Of a DNA stretch of 64,000 nucleotides, positions 10,521 through 23,524 are shown piece after piece. How positions within the stretch are numbered: the first letter of the stretch is position 1; each line of letters starts with the position of its first letter. This stretch comes from Rhina ancylostomus (taxonomy: Eukaryota), in the NCBI GenBank assembly GCA_030265395.1, contig JARFYF010000001.1, positions 93,534,488 to 93,598,487 of the forward strand, read 5' to 3'. The notes beneath the pieces are model-generated. The model was not told where the DNA came from, searched no databases, and saw only the letters and a program-made list of their open reading frames with translations. Made by a program: the position numbers and the translations under genes.

Positions 10521-13500
10521 AAAAATGGGAAATCTTGAAATGTGGAGGTTCCCCAATTTGAATCCTTTTGTTATCAGCATTTTTGATGAAGGCCTAATAG
10601 CCTATCATTTTGCTTGCATGAATGCAGTGTCAGACTTTAAGTAAAACAAAACTCACAATTGGTGTTGTAAAAAAGCAAGTGACAGTGCAACATTGCTTTG
10701 TCTTAAGGTACATCTTAAGTTTCATTTTGTTTTCATAATTATAGGTTTGTATAATTTAAGGAAGTGATTGCAGCTCACTGTTCAGTTGCCCTCCTACAAA
10801 CTGAAGTAAATGAGAACTCTCTGCCATGAAATTTCTGGTGGGACCACTTCATTCAAGTGAAGGTGAGCCTTGATTCCCTCAGGGCAGCATACAGCTGATG
10901 TATGTTGTATTTATAGAAAGATTTAGTATGCTTGAATTACAATTCGGATATCGCCAAATCCAAAGTCACTACTTATCTTTTGTTCCAATTTTTTGAAAAA
11001 TTGTTATTTNNNNNNNNNNNNNNNNNNNNNNNNNNNNNNNNNNNNNNNNNNNNNNNNNNNNNNNNNNNNNNNNNNNNNNNNNNNNNNNNNNNNNNNNNNN
11101 NNNNNNNNNCCTAGATTGTGCATTCTGTTGTGTTTCTGAACACTTTTCGACATCAACCAGAACTTTTTTTAAGAGGATGTTTTCACAATTGCATTTTCTT
11201 AAGTGCGTTGTACTGACTGTTGATTTGATGATTTCAGGGTATTTAAGATGAATGTTTGCAAGTTCTGTTTGTTGTCCCTTGGATTCTGTGTCACCTGAAT
11301 GTAACTCATTCATTTTCACTTAATGCAGGCGGCATTCATTGCTCACCACTACCAACTGAACCGAAACAAAAATTCCTTTCTTGTAATAAAACAAGCATAG
11401 AGTGGAGCCATCATTGAATTGGTGGCAGACTTCTTTTGTAGATGTCTGGACTTGATGTCTGGTGGTAGTGTTGATGTGCTAGTACTGTATTGCTTCTGAA
11501 TTAACAGTTTGTATCACCTTCTTAATTCTGAATTATTGAGGCAGTCTTAGTTTCTTGGACAGGCTGTTCTTTGGACTCGTTCAAGCAGCTACTCAATTTG
11601 CATGTCCTGATGACTCGGGTTGATCAAATGAAATTATCTGAAGAGCGGATGTCCTATCCTACCTTGACGATAAGAGGAGATTATTAACTCGTTGCTTATC
11701 TTGTTGTAATTTCTGGGACTACTTCTGTGTTGGAAATATCTGCCTTGTTCAGCAAGAATAAATGTAGTGATTCAGTCACTTATTCCACATGTTGTTTCTG
11801 AGAGAGAGGGGTTATGTTGATGCAAAAAAGGTTCTTGTATCATTTCCTTATANNNNNNNNNNNNNNNNNNNNNNNNNNNNNNNNNNNNNNNNNNNNNNNN
11901 NNNNNNNNNNNNNNNNNNNNNNNNNNNNNNNNNNNNNNNNNNNNNNNNNNNNCAACATTTCTCTATAAACTGTGTCTTTCTCTACATTTGAGGGAAACTT
12001 GCAAGTACTCTAACTCTTGATTCATGATTTGACACCAAGACCATCCTTGCTTGAATTTGGTAGCATCAACTGTTAAAGAGCTCTGTTGTTAAAAGATTAA
12101 ACTCCTCACAAGTGCTGCCTTCCACGTCTACATACCACATATCTCCTGTGTACTAAAATGATGAATATCAGTTTAGGATGTTCTGTTACAAGATGATGAA
12201 GAATGCTGAACTTTATGGCAATTTTAAAGAGGAACAGATCAAATATTTACTTGGTGTGTTCTAGGTCATTTTTACATATTCACTAATGATTGAGTATGCC
12301 ATCCAGCTTTGTGACATTTAGTTTCCAATTGTGTGCAAGGTCCGTTACTTTTCTCATGGCTCACAGTGCAGTCTGCTTTACACATAATCCAGTCAATGCA
12401 TGATTTTCCTGAGTTGGTGTCTTGAAATATTGATGTTTACTGATGGGGAATCTTGTTGCTCTGATCCTTCCTATATTGAACATATTTTTATATTAATATA
12501 TTTATATATTGAACAAATATATTTTGGAAAACAAATGTTCAATTTTTTTAAATTGTCCTTCCTTAAATCTGGATGGAATTGCACTTTGCTCTATTTCTCT
12601 AATGCTTTTTCAACAAGTGCAAGTCCACACAATGACATGCTGGACTGCACTTTGCAGAGATATGCCAGTAGCTCCACACACAACTGGTAATTTTCTCTGC
12701 TGAAGTGCCAACAAGATTATGATTGCCCTACATGCAAGCTTGAGGGCAGAAGTTCTAAACCTGCTGACGAATACTCACCAGCTTTTCTCCAACTGAATGC
12801 TGAGATTGGACTCCTGGAGTCCAATGTCTTCGGGTGAATCACCATCAGTTCACTGCTGCTCACAGGGGCACTTGCTCAAGGTTGGAGCTAGTATAAGGGT
12901 TTCTTCTCTGGTTTCAATAGAAGGCCAGACCTGCTGGAGATTATGTTTGTTTTTAGATGTTTTTAATTGAGTTTATCTGAATGATTTTTTTCCATCCTCT
13001 ATTAACTATAATTTTTTGTTAGGTTTTTTATTTTTCATGTCCAAATCTTAATTATTTTGGAATGTTTCCAGGTAACAGACTTTCACAATTCTTAACAGCT
13101 GCTGAGCCAAGGGGTGTACCTTAGTACTTTCTTGGGCAGGGCTGTTTTTACCTAGGGTTGATGATGGCTTCCTCTAGCAGATTTCCACCGTGGACTGAGA
13201 ATAAGGAGGGTTCAAACTTAGTACAGACACCAACAGAAGGCTTGGATAATACATGCTTTATTTGCCTGTAAGAAGCTTTGCACCGACAGTTGATTCGGTG
13301 CGTACTTCTTGCCAGAGTTCATGGCTTTTTGGTAAGGAGGGGGACCACAAATTCACTTTTGATCCCCTCTTTGTCCTTTCCAATTATTGCTGATAGTGGC
13401 AGAGAAAGGGCATTTAAAAGTAGTAGGAATTTACGAGGTTCAAATGTAAGGAACAAGGCCATCATTTATCGCTTGCCTCTAGCTGCCCTGGCATTCCCCA

Positions 13501-13814
13501 TTTTAACTGGAACCTTCGTTTTATTTTGAGTTACCTGCGACTTTCTTCAACCCTGTTGTGTGAAGCTCCACATTGAATTTTTAAAGTGTGCCACCTGCAG
13601 TAATTTGTCCTTAGTTCCCTTCTCTAAACTTGCATATACCTTCCTCCCTACCTTTGCATACAGATGGAAATGTAACTCTTCTGTGGTGTGAAAATGCATT
13701 GCTCCATTGTATCAGGTGTACTTGCGAGCCTCAGCAATGCAAATTGTGCTCCAGTGCTTCTAGGTGCTTTTCACACTTGGTTAAGGCTCTGTCAGCTGGG
13801 AGGAATAACTTTGA

Positions 13815-14930
13815 GTTCTGAAATAATAAAAAAACACAAAATGATGATGCTAAGCAGATGTGGCAGAATCTGCAAAGAGGGAGTTAGATTTAATGTTTCA
13901 TCAGAACCAGGAACTTTGAGAAAAGTAGTGTGCTTTAAGTTGCAGAGCAGGAAGAATTGTGGAGAGAACAAGGGAAGGCCAACCATGGGGTGGAGATTGA
14001 ATGATGCAGATGATGCCAGTTCAGAGAGGGTGTTGAAGGCTTGTAAATGATAACTCATCTGCCTGGAAGGGTTGCAAATGAAGGTGAGAGGGGGAAAAAA
14101 GTAGTTGATGCTCGAATTGAGATACAAAATACTGCAATTGCTGGAAATACTCAGCAACTCGGGCAGCATCTGTGGTGAGAGAAAAATGGAAGTTAAAATT
14201 GCAGGTGATAACTTTTCAGCAGAACTAGCCACTCTTGTTGCACATAGGAAAGGCTGGTTATCTGAAACTGTTGCTCAGTGTTGAAATATGACTGCTGTAA
14301 TGTACCTAGTCAAACAATGCAATTCTGTTGCTTGACCTTGCATGGAACAGTGGTTTTCAATGCATGGGGCGCAACTTGCAAAATATTAAAAAGTAGGTGG
14401 CAATCTATGCTCTTTGAAGTAAACACTGGTGTACAGACTGGTGAGCTAATTGGGTTGCAGAGCTGAAGCATTTGGTTCAAGTCATCTGAAAAATGGTTTG
14501 AAAGCTACTGGTTTAGTAAGTTGGAGTGGGAATGGAATGGAGACTAAAGTGATGGGCAAATGAAAGCCTCTCACTCTTTGGACTGAACAGAGATATTCTG
14601 CAAAGTAGTCATTCAATGTGACATTTGGTTTCCTGAAAGATAGAGGAGACCACATTGTGTGTACTGAATGCACACACGAGATTGGAAGAGGTGCAAATGA
14701 ATATCTGCTTCACTTGTAAGGCATGTTTGGGTCCCTTGCCGCTGAAAGGCATGCATTGCATCTCCTGATCTTTAATTTCTCACTTTTTTTCCTTGTTCTG
14801 ATGAAAGGTTATTGACCCAAGCCACTAACTCTCGTTTCTCTAGGTACATTTGATGCCTGACCTGCTGAATGTTTCCAGAATTCCTGGGTTTTTTTCTGGT
14901 TTCCAGCATCTGCAATATTTTACTTCTTTG
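13815..14930 (-). mobile_element. Old Penelope-like element remnant (GIY-YIG region plus inverted terminal arms)
   Basis: Minus strand of 14480-14740 gives HSVHTMWSPLSFRKP...LNDYFAEYLCSV, homologous to the LGDRVAEHLRS region at 50790-50830. Arm sequences lie at 13820-13900 and 14130-14230, with an opposite-orientation arm at 14795-14920. Confidence 0.75.
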
Positions 14931-15974
14931 CGTTTGAGTTCTGCTCTTTAGAGCCTTCCATGTTGACAAGATGGCTATTATTTGCAACTTTTTCTGGTTN
15001 NNNNNNNNNNNNNNNNNNNNNNNNNNNNNNNNNNNNNNNNNNNNNNNNNNNNNNNNNNNNNNNNNNNNNNNNNNNNNNNNNNNNNNNNNNNNNNNNNNNN
15101 NNNNNNNNNNNNNNNNNNNNNNNNNNNNNNNNNNNNNNNNCTTTCCCATTGGGCAAAATAATGATCAAAGCAAGGGCTTCTGGAGCATTGAAATTATTCC
15201 TCCTCCTTTCACCACCCCACATGTTTTTGTTTTACTTTAATATGCTGCTGAAGTTTACATTGGAAATTGAACAGTAAATGTACCATTGGAAGAGCTATAC
15301 ACTATAATTAAGAGTCCCCCCCCCCCCCAGGCCAGTCTTGAAGAAGCAACTTAGAAATTACATTGGCTCTATCTCCAGTTAAAGATGTGATATAATTGTC
15401 TTCTACTTTGGATGTGGCTGTTGCCTGTATAATCAGGTTTGATTGCCAAACTGCTGTTGATCCACCTGACTGGCTTCCCAAACCATATCACTTGGCAGTT
15501 AAAAGTCAAGGACATGAGCACAGGGGCAGAGTGGCACATTGGTCAGACCTGGTAAGAATGGTGGCTCTCATTCTCTACACGGCAAAAATACAAAGTAGAG
15601 ATACAAGAGAGACGGCAGATGTTGGAAAGTAATTGTCAATAGCCTGAGCCACAAAGAGTAGCAGAGATTGAGACCTACTAATTGCTGGCTGCAAAATCTG
15701 CTGGACCACATAAAATTGAAGATAATCATTAGCAAATAATGGAGATAAAGATGATACATGCTTTGTGCCTTTAGAGAACTTGTCCAAAAGTGTTTCATGA
15801 CAAGTACAATTTAACCATAAATAGCAATAATGTTCACTTGATCTGATTTTTAGCATTGTCTAATTGAGTATGAAGTGTTGGCCAGGATGCAGGCAGAACT
15901 GCCTGCAAGTGAAACAGTGTATGGAATGTTTACTGTTTAAAATCAAATATTTACATGGTCCTGATGCATGATCT

Positions 15975-16258
15975 CGATCCAAAACACGTACATGGAAACA
16001 CACAATGAAATGCATCTTTTGCTTAGAGTATTCTGGGGGCAGCCCGCAAGTATCGCCACACTTCTGGCTCCAACACATCATGCCCACAACTTCCTAACCT
16101 GTGCATCTTTGGAATGTGGGAGGAAACCAGAGCACCCAGAGGAAACCCACGTAGACACAGGGAGAACATACAAACTCCTTATAGACAGTGGCCGGAATTG
16201 AACCCAGGTCTCTGGCGCTGTAATAGCATGACGCTAACCGCTACACTACTGTGCCTAC
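15975..16258 (-). mobile_element. HE1-like V-SINE (tRNA-derived head), Rex-like tail type
   Basis: Reverse complement begins ggcacagtagtgtagcggttagcgtcatgctattacagcgccag...gggttcaattccggcc (A/B boxes). V-domain gtgggtttcctctgggtgctctggtttcctcccacattccaaaga. Confidence 0.9.
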
Positions 16259-16354
16259 CCTCAGGAATAGTAAAGGGAAAAAATAACTGGTGGGAGTTGT
16301 CTGTAGGCCACTAAATAATAACATTGCAGTGGTACAGGCAATAACTCAAGAAAT

Positions 16355-17352
16355 AGATGTAGCGGAGGATGCAGAGGGTATACAGAGAGATTTAGATAGG
16401 TTAAATGAGTGGGCAGGGGTCTGGCAGATGGAGTACAATGTTGATAAAGGCAAGGTCATCCACTTTGGAAGGAAAAATAGAAGAGTGGATTATTATTTAA
16501 ATTGTGAAAGATTGCAGCATGNNNNNNNNNNNNNNNNNNNNNNNNNNNNNNNNNNNNNNNNNNNNNNNNNNNNNNNNNNNNNNNNNNNNNNNNNNNNNNN
16601 NNNNNNNNNNNNNNNNNNNNNTCAAGCCCTCAGCCATTTCCACATAACCAATATTAATTGCTCCTTCTCATCTTCCAAGGGACTCAAGTTCACTTTAGCC
16701 ACCCTTTTCCACTTTATAAAATTTTAAAAACTTTTACTATCTATTTTTATATTTTGTGCTACTTTACTTTCATAATCTATCTTCCCTTTCCTTATTGCTT
16801 GCTTAGTGGTTCTTTGTTGCCAAATCTTCCAGTTTCCCACTACTCTTGGTGAGCTGGGTGCCACAGGGGTCAGTGCTGGGCCTGCAACTGTTCACAATAT
16901 ACTTACAATTTTGGAAGAGGGGACAGTGTAGCATATCCAAATTTGCTGTTGACATTAAATTGAGTGGAAAAGCAAATCATGTAGATGATGCAGAGAGACC
17001 TAGACAGGTTAAATGAGTGGGCAAGGGTCTGGCAGATGGAGTACAATGTTGGTAAATATGAGGTCATCTACTTTGGAAGGGAAAAATAGAAGATCAGATT
17101 ATTATTTAAATGGTGAAAGATTGCAGCCTGCTGTTGTGCAGAACGACTCGGGAGTGCTTGTGCATGAATCGCAAAAGGCTGGTTTGCAGGTGCAACAGGT
17201 TATCAAGAAGCCAAATGGAATGTTGGCCTTCATTGCTGGAGGGATTGAATTTAAGAGCATGGAGGTCAAGCTACAACTGTACAGGGGACTGGCGATGCCC
17301 TAGCTACTGTGGGCAGTTCTGGTCTCATTACTTGAGGAAAGATGCCCTGGCT
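16355..17352 (+). mobile_element. Cluster of CR1 ORF2 fragments (+ 16355-16521; - about 16622-16850; + 16855-17352)
   Basis: IQRDLDRLNEWAGVWQMEYNVDK, GVPQGSVLGLQLFTIY at 16856 and GVLVHESQKAGLQVQQVIKKPNGMLAFI. Confidence 0.9.
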
Positions 17353-17484
17353 TTAAAGCTTTTACCACAGAACAGTTTATGGTTTGATGTTCCATCTGAA
17401 CAATGATTACCCCACGGTGTAAAAAAATTTTTATGTGGCTGAGACTGAGGCTCAATCATGACCTTAAGAGCAAGGAAACAATTA

Positions 17485-18330
17485 TCTGTTTATTCTTTGG
17501 GATCTGGGTGTTTCTGCTGAGACCAACAATTATTGCTGATCCCTCATTGCCATTGAGAAGATGCCAATGAGCACTGCTAGAAACCTTCTGGTAAAAATAC
17601 TCCCATAATGATATTGGGGAGGGAGTTCCAGGATTTGGACCCAGTGATAAGGACTGGTTATTTAGTTCCAAGTTGATGGTTTTTGTCTTGGAGGGGAACC
17701 AACAAGTGACAGCATTCTCATGACCTTGTATTTTTGGTGGGAGCAATGGGCTGGAAAGCATTGCCAGTGAGGAACCGCAATGCATTTTGTAGATTGTACA
17801 CTTTGTGGTCATGATGTGGCACTTGTAGATGTAAGGAGTGTTTATGGTGGGACGTAAGTCAAGTGGGCTACATTGTCTTGGATGTTGTTGAAGTTATTGG
17901 AAAGGCATTCATCTAGGAAAGTGAAGAGTATCCCATCTCATTCCTGACCACTGCCTTGTAAACAGTGAAAGACTTTTTGGGGTGTCAGGAGGTGAGTCAC
18001 TTGCCACAGGCTGCTTGGCCTCTGACCTGCTCTTGTGGCTGTTGTATTAATGTAGCTGGTCAGTTTGAGTTTCCAGTATGGCAATCCCCAGAATATTGAT
18101 GGAGGGGAGCCTGGTGATGTTTTGTCATAGGATGTCAAGGGTTGATGGCTAAACTCGATCCTGTTGGAGATGGTTGTTGTCCAGCACTTTTCCAGCATGA
18201 ATGTTATTTGTTTCTTATCACCCCTTGCCTGAATGTTGCCCAGGTCTTGCTCTATGCGGAATCAGACTTCCTCACTGCCAAGATGTTGGGAGTAGAACTG
18301 AACATTGTACATTTATCAACAAACATTACT
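17485..18330 (-). mobile_element. CR1-group (Zenon/Crack-like) LINE 3' portion
   Basis: Minus ORF pieces CTIYKMHCGSSLAML and YINTTATRAGQR..LWQVTHLLTPQ. Same family as 35630-37385. Confidence 0.8.
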
Positions 18331-20374
18331 CTGACCATACTGAAGTGGGGATTATTCACGGCATCTCTTCCATGCTTCGCAATACTTTTGCTTTGGAATT
18401 AGAATTTCAGATCGCTTTGACATTTTCTTGAAAGCATCTTCTGCAATGCCAAGTTAATGATTGCTCTGATTTTACAGCAGGGTGACCAGGTGTCACTGTT
18501 TCTGGAAAAAATGGGTGCAGTTGCTGGAGAATGCAAAGACCGAGTATTTCTATAAAGGTCTTAATTAGGTTGCCTTTGCAGACTTGAATTGTTTAATTAA
18601 AGTTGCATGAGTCATGATTCCCCATAAATACCTGCAAAGGTGACTGTTGATAAGAGTTCTGCCTTCAAAACAAACAGACTTGTACTTGGTAGTTTTCTTG
18701 TTACTTGATTTTCAGAGGATTGCGTCATTCAATTAGCAGAGAAAAGTGTCCCTCCTTTTTAAAATATTGGTATTTATTTTGCATGGTTTTCTCTGAATTT
18801 GAATTCTCCCAACCAGGAACGTCTTTCTTTCAGCCTGATGATCACTGCAGTGTTTTCATCAAAGTTCATTTTTACCATTGAAACTGGGTACATGGACAAA
18901 ATAGAAACTTAGGTGTTTGCAAAAGTCCAGGAGATTTCACTGTGACCTTCGCATCACTGTTATAACACACATTTTCACCTGTTGGACAGCAAAGGAACAA
19001 ATGGACAATACATGATAGTAATATTAGAGAAAGTTTGCCTTGCCTTCACTCTGCTCCTCAATGCTTGGCAACTCGAGATCTTTGGCGAGCAGAATATTAC
19101 ATTTAATTAAGCATTTCCAGCACCTGGCTAACAGTAACATGATTGGCAGAACCAAAAAACACCCAGTAACCTCTCCCAATAACCTTTCCAACAAAACTTC
19201 TGAAAAGCACTGTGTGCTGCAGTGTAAAACAACATGTATTGATAGTGGAGGTCACTTTGGCAAATTGTAGCAATGCTGAATCTCTGAAGTGGTCACAAAC
19301 TTAGTCTCCCAAACTATTTAAAAAAAAAAGTTTGATTAAGTAGTTGTGCTTAGTCTTATAAACTTTGTTAGCTTGAATTGTATTTGCCTTTTGCCAATGG
19401 TATGACAGAGCTTCTGCTGGGCTTGCTGTGGGCAATGTCAATTGAAAAATGGATGGCTTTTTCTAATCTTTATTTAAAAGCCTTAAGATTAAGAAAATAA
19501 TTCCTGGGACTTTAAAGAGTCTTCAAATATATCTACATAGCTTTAATTTTTAATTCTTGATCTATTTGAACATTTTAAAAACAGTTCAAGATCTTCAACA
19601 GGCCATCAGCGGGGTCAGGCAGGGCCTTCCGATTTGCCACAGCGACTCAGTTGTCGCTTGATGACAGCTACCTTGCAGGATGGCCAACTAGGCCCCCAAG
19701 GCATTTGAGGCCCACAGGACTGCAGAAGATAAATAAGGTGGGGTGAGCATGAGTGGCAGTGGAAAAGTCCACAACGTCTGTGGGCAAACATAGGAGTAAT
19801 GTTCAACCAGGGTGGTTTGNNNNNNNNNNNNNNNNNNNNNNNNNNNNNNNNNNNNNNNNNNNNNNNNNNNNNNNNNNNNNNNNNNNNNNNNNNNNNNNNN
19901 NNNNNNNNNNAGTTTTACCAGCCTTCGGCTTTCAAAATTCAATCTAATTTTGGACAACTCCTTCAAAACTTTGTTCCAATGAAAAGAATCCCAGTTTCTT
20001 GGAACCCTTGGATATTTTTCAGCTTGTCAACATAAGATTGAGAGTTGGCAAATTCAACTTGTTGGTCTATTTCAGGCCCCAGACAAATTCCTCCTGTTGA
20101 TCAAAACCTAATTTATGTGGGGCAAAGAAGTACTGCAGCTTAAAACCCATTCAGCACTGCAGATGTATTGTTAACATGCATCTACAGTTTATAAAAAGCA
20201 TATTTATATTGGATATCTAATGGGCCAATTATAGGGAGCAGATATTTAAATTGCTAGTTGTACTTAAATTAGAAATTGGGACTATCTGTGCTGTGGTGAC
20301 TCATCTGGCACTCTTCATCCCAATCTGGTTGTTTCATCGTGCTATTTCAGGTAGCAAGGTCGTCTGTCGTGATG

Positions 20375-20730
20375 TCTGTCCTGGTTCAGTAGTCTGGGCA
20401 TTCACCTCTGAATGCATTGCAAGTTCAAAGCTTTTTCTACAAAGATAAAAGCTTATACTTGAGCATAGCACACAGTGTTTCACTGTGTGAGATATTACCC
20501 TTCCAATCAGATGTTAAGCCAAGCTGCATATGCCCTCCTGGCGAATGGGAAGGATCTGGTGGTACTGCTTTGAAGGAGAAAAGGGAAGGCTATTTATTCC
20601 TCAACCAACATCATTGAAACAAGTCTTTTGGTCATAATTACACTGCTGTTTGTGGAACCTTGCTGTGTACATCTTGGCTGTGCCATTTCTTATTTGTACT
20701 TGTGCTATATAAATGGACGTGTTTCTTTTG
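20375..20730 (+). mobile_element. DeuSINE (SacSINE1/AmnSINE1-like), degraded near full length
   Basis: Deu-domain-like tatttattcctcaaccaacatcattgaaacaagtcttttggtcataattacactgctgtttgtggaaccttgctgtgtacatcttggctg and tail gctatataaatggacgtgtttcttt. Confidence 0.8.
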
Positions 20731-21089
20731 ATGGTGGGATCTTCAGCCTTGGTGGTGACTGTGCAGAGTGTATGTGATCAGTAATTTGAGAGGCTTTAAG
20801 GATGTAAACAATTCCCAGAATGATATTGGTGAGTGAGGACAGGCTGGAGTAATTGAAGAGCTGCTCCTGTGTGATGAGATTTGGTTTCACATTTTTTCCA
20901 CATTAGCATCCATTAACATTATCATGTTAAATTCACATTTATAAAAGAACGACACTGAAAAGGTTAAAGCAGCCACTCTTATTTCTATTCTTTAATGGGC
21001 CTACATCTCTGATCCTGCCAGGAAAATGCCACATTCATTTCTTTTGAACCTCTTCCAGCAGCTCATTGTTTAAACCAATGAAGTGTTGG

Positions 21090-21755
21090 AGTGAGAGTTA
21101 TACAGCACAGAAGCAGGCCCTTTGGCCCAACTCATCCATGCCGACCAAGATGCCTCCCTGAGATGGTGCAATTTGCCTGTGCAGGGCCCATATCCCTCAA
21201 AACCATTCCAATCCGTATCAGTCCAAATGTCTCTCGGGTTGTAATTGTACCCACCTTTACAGCTTCCCCTGGCAGCTCATTCTATATATCCACTACCCTC
21301 TCTGTGGGGGGGAAAATTTGCCCCTTTAGTCCCTTTTAAATCTTCCCTCTTACCTTAAAACCAGGGTAGGATGTACACAGTGAATGGCAGAGCCCTGGGG
21401 AGTATTAAAGAACAAGACCTAGGGTCAAATAGTCAAAGGGGTGACAAGTGCATAGTTCCCTGAAAGACGCATGTAAAAAGAGGTGGTGAGAAAGAATATG
21501 TTTGCCTTCATATGCCAAGGCATTGCACAGAGGAGTTGGAACGTTAATTTTCAGTTGCACCAATCTTCAGTTAGAATTGTATGAAGTTGAAGTATTATAT
21601 GCAGTTCTGGTAACCAGCTACAGGAAGGATGTGATCAAGCTAGAAAGGGTGTAGAAAAGATTTGCAGGAATGTTTCCTGGACTGGAGGGCTTGAGTTGGG
21701 CATCTTGGATGAGGTGGGCTGAGCAGCCTGTTTCTGTGCTGCATGACTTCTATAA
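21090..21755. mobile_element. Rearranged CR1: minus-strand 3' end (21090-21360) fused to a plus-strand, internally deleted 3' portion (21361-21755)
   Basis: Starts atacagcacagaagcaggccctttggcccaactcatcc and ends gggctgagcagcctgtttctgtgctgcatgac, i.e. inverted copies of the same tail. Confidence 0.8.
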
Positions 21756-23199
21756 GCTAAGATAGCCAAAGTAATTTTCAATCAACCAAGTGTTTTGAAG
21801 TGTAGACACTTAAATTAAGATGGGTAGTAGGGTTCAGAAAGATTAGGTTATTGAAGTGAAATGATTGTTGTTACATTGTGATTTACGATTTCACGTAAAA
21901 GAAGTTGGCACTCTGGAACTGGTTGAGGCATGGAGACTGAAAGGATAGCTTTGACTTTTCCAGCTTTAAGCAGTAGCGGGAGTGAGATTTGTGGGAAGTT
22001 TTGTTAACATTTTCTGTATGCCATTTACAATAGTTTACAACACTTCAAAGACTTGGTTAAAAATTTTTCAAGACCACAGCACTTAGTGAAATGACTTGCA
22101 ACTGTTAAGGTAGTTTTAAACCAAGAGGATCAAGTAACTATTGCAGAATGCTGTAAGTTAAACTTGTAATGTAAAAGATTCATGAATTTGGTCACTTTTT
22201 CAGCTGTGTGCAGTGACCTTCAGTCTTTGTCTCCTCCGATTAGTCCTTCTGATTTGCTTACCAAACGCCCACACATTTGCATGTGTGTGAATGAGGCAGA
22301 GGCTGGCAAGTTCATTTGAAGAGAGTGCCACTGTCACGAATTTTTGGACATTGTTACCTTTATGTTCAATACCTGCTATGTAGTGTAGTTTAATGTTTCA
22401 AAGGATTCATCATGAAAAATAATCTGAAATTCATTTCTTGCCTTGAATAGCAATGGTTTCTATTCCCCTCTGTCACTCCCCTCCCCCATCCCAATACAAA
22501 ATTATCCTTGCAATTGGTTATTCATATTTGTATTGTGTCTGATTAAGATATCTTGAGCTCATAATAACCCCTGCTGCTCATTTTCCTTCTGTTAAACAGT
22601 GTAGGAGAAGATGATATTCCCTTGGGTGTAGAAAAATAAGGCATTTGATTTCTTTTTCAAATTCAGTTTGGGACTATATTCTGCATAATGACTCAAAGCA
22701 AATATTTGTTCCAATTCCATTTCATCTCTGAAATGATCATTACCTCAGTGATATGGGGAGATAGTGTTAGTAAAAGTTTTTTCTTTTGCGATACTCATAA
22801 TGATGTTTGAAAGTTTTCTTTATGATATTCCATTTATCTAAAATCAGTGAAGTTCATCAAACATTGAGAGTTCATTGATTTATTGTCTATGTTGCTTGAG
22901 ATAATGGGGTGTATACTTGGTGAATACAGTTTTGAGTCCAGTATTTAGATCAAGCTCTCTTCCCCAGTCGTCCTCATAATTATCACATTGTTGTACCTTT
23001 CTGCTGCATATTCTATTCTCTATCAAAATATCCACACTAGACAAGCTACACAAATCCAATTTCTTTTTCACCGTTCTTTATATCTCTACATCTTTAAACA
23101 GCAACATACAAACCTGAAGAATAATACAATGCCTCTTTGATTTACATGGGTAGAAGTCTTCCAATTTCTGAGAATAATTGAAATAAAATTGCTGGAAAT

Positions 23200-23362
23200 T
23201 TGAAATAAAATGGAAAAATACTGGAAATATTGAGCAGGTCACACAGCATCTGTGAAAAGCGAAGCAGTTAATGCTTCTGATTGACCTTTCGTCAGAACTG
23301 TAACGTTAACTATTTCTCTTTCCACAGATGCTGTGTGACCTGAATGTTTCAAGTATTTTCTG
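23200..23362. mobile_element. Penelope-derived fold-back element (two inverted arms)
   Basis: aggtcacacagcatctgtgaaaag (about 23236-23259) is inverted relative to ctttccacagatgctgtgtgacct (about 23318-23341). A degenerate hammerhead core lies on the minus strand at 23265-23300. Confidence 0.8.
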
Positions 23363-23524
23363 GGGTGGAGGGGGGGTGGTTTCCCCCTCTAGCACATAAT
23401 TGTATGGAAAGATTCTGTTAGGACTGCTTTTGTCAATAATATCAGTTTATTAACTGATGAATTATTTTTCCTTTGGGCTAATGAAATCATTATATCTGTT
23501 CTTTTCACTCATGGCAGTTGGCAG

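Noticed and set aside
11607-11640. Hammerhead-like CTGATGA...GAAA
   Set aside because: No stem II or stem I pairing around the core.
12158-12209. C/D box snoRNA (ATGATGA...ATGATGA...CTGA)
   Set aside because: Only about 52 nt long, with no good D' box, a weak terminal stem and no recognisable rRNA guide.
12779-12930. Minus-strand exon ending at a strong CTG|GTGAGT donor
   Set aside because: The acceptor is weak and all three frames contain stops.
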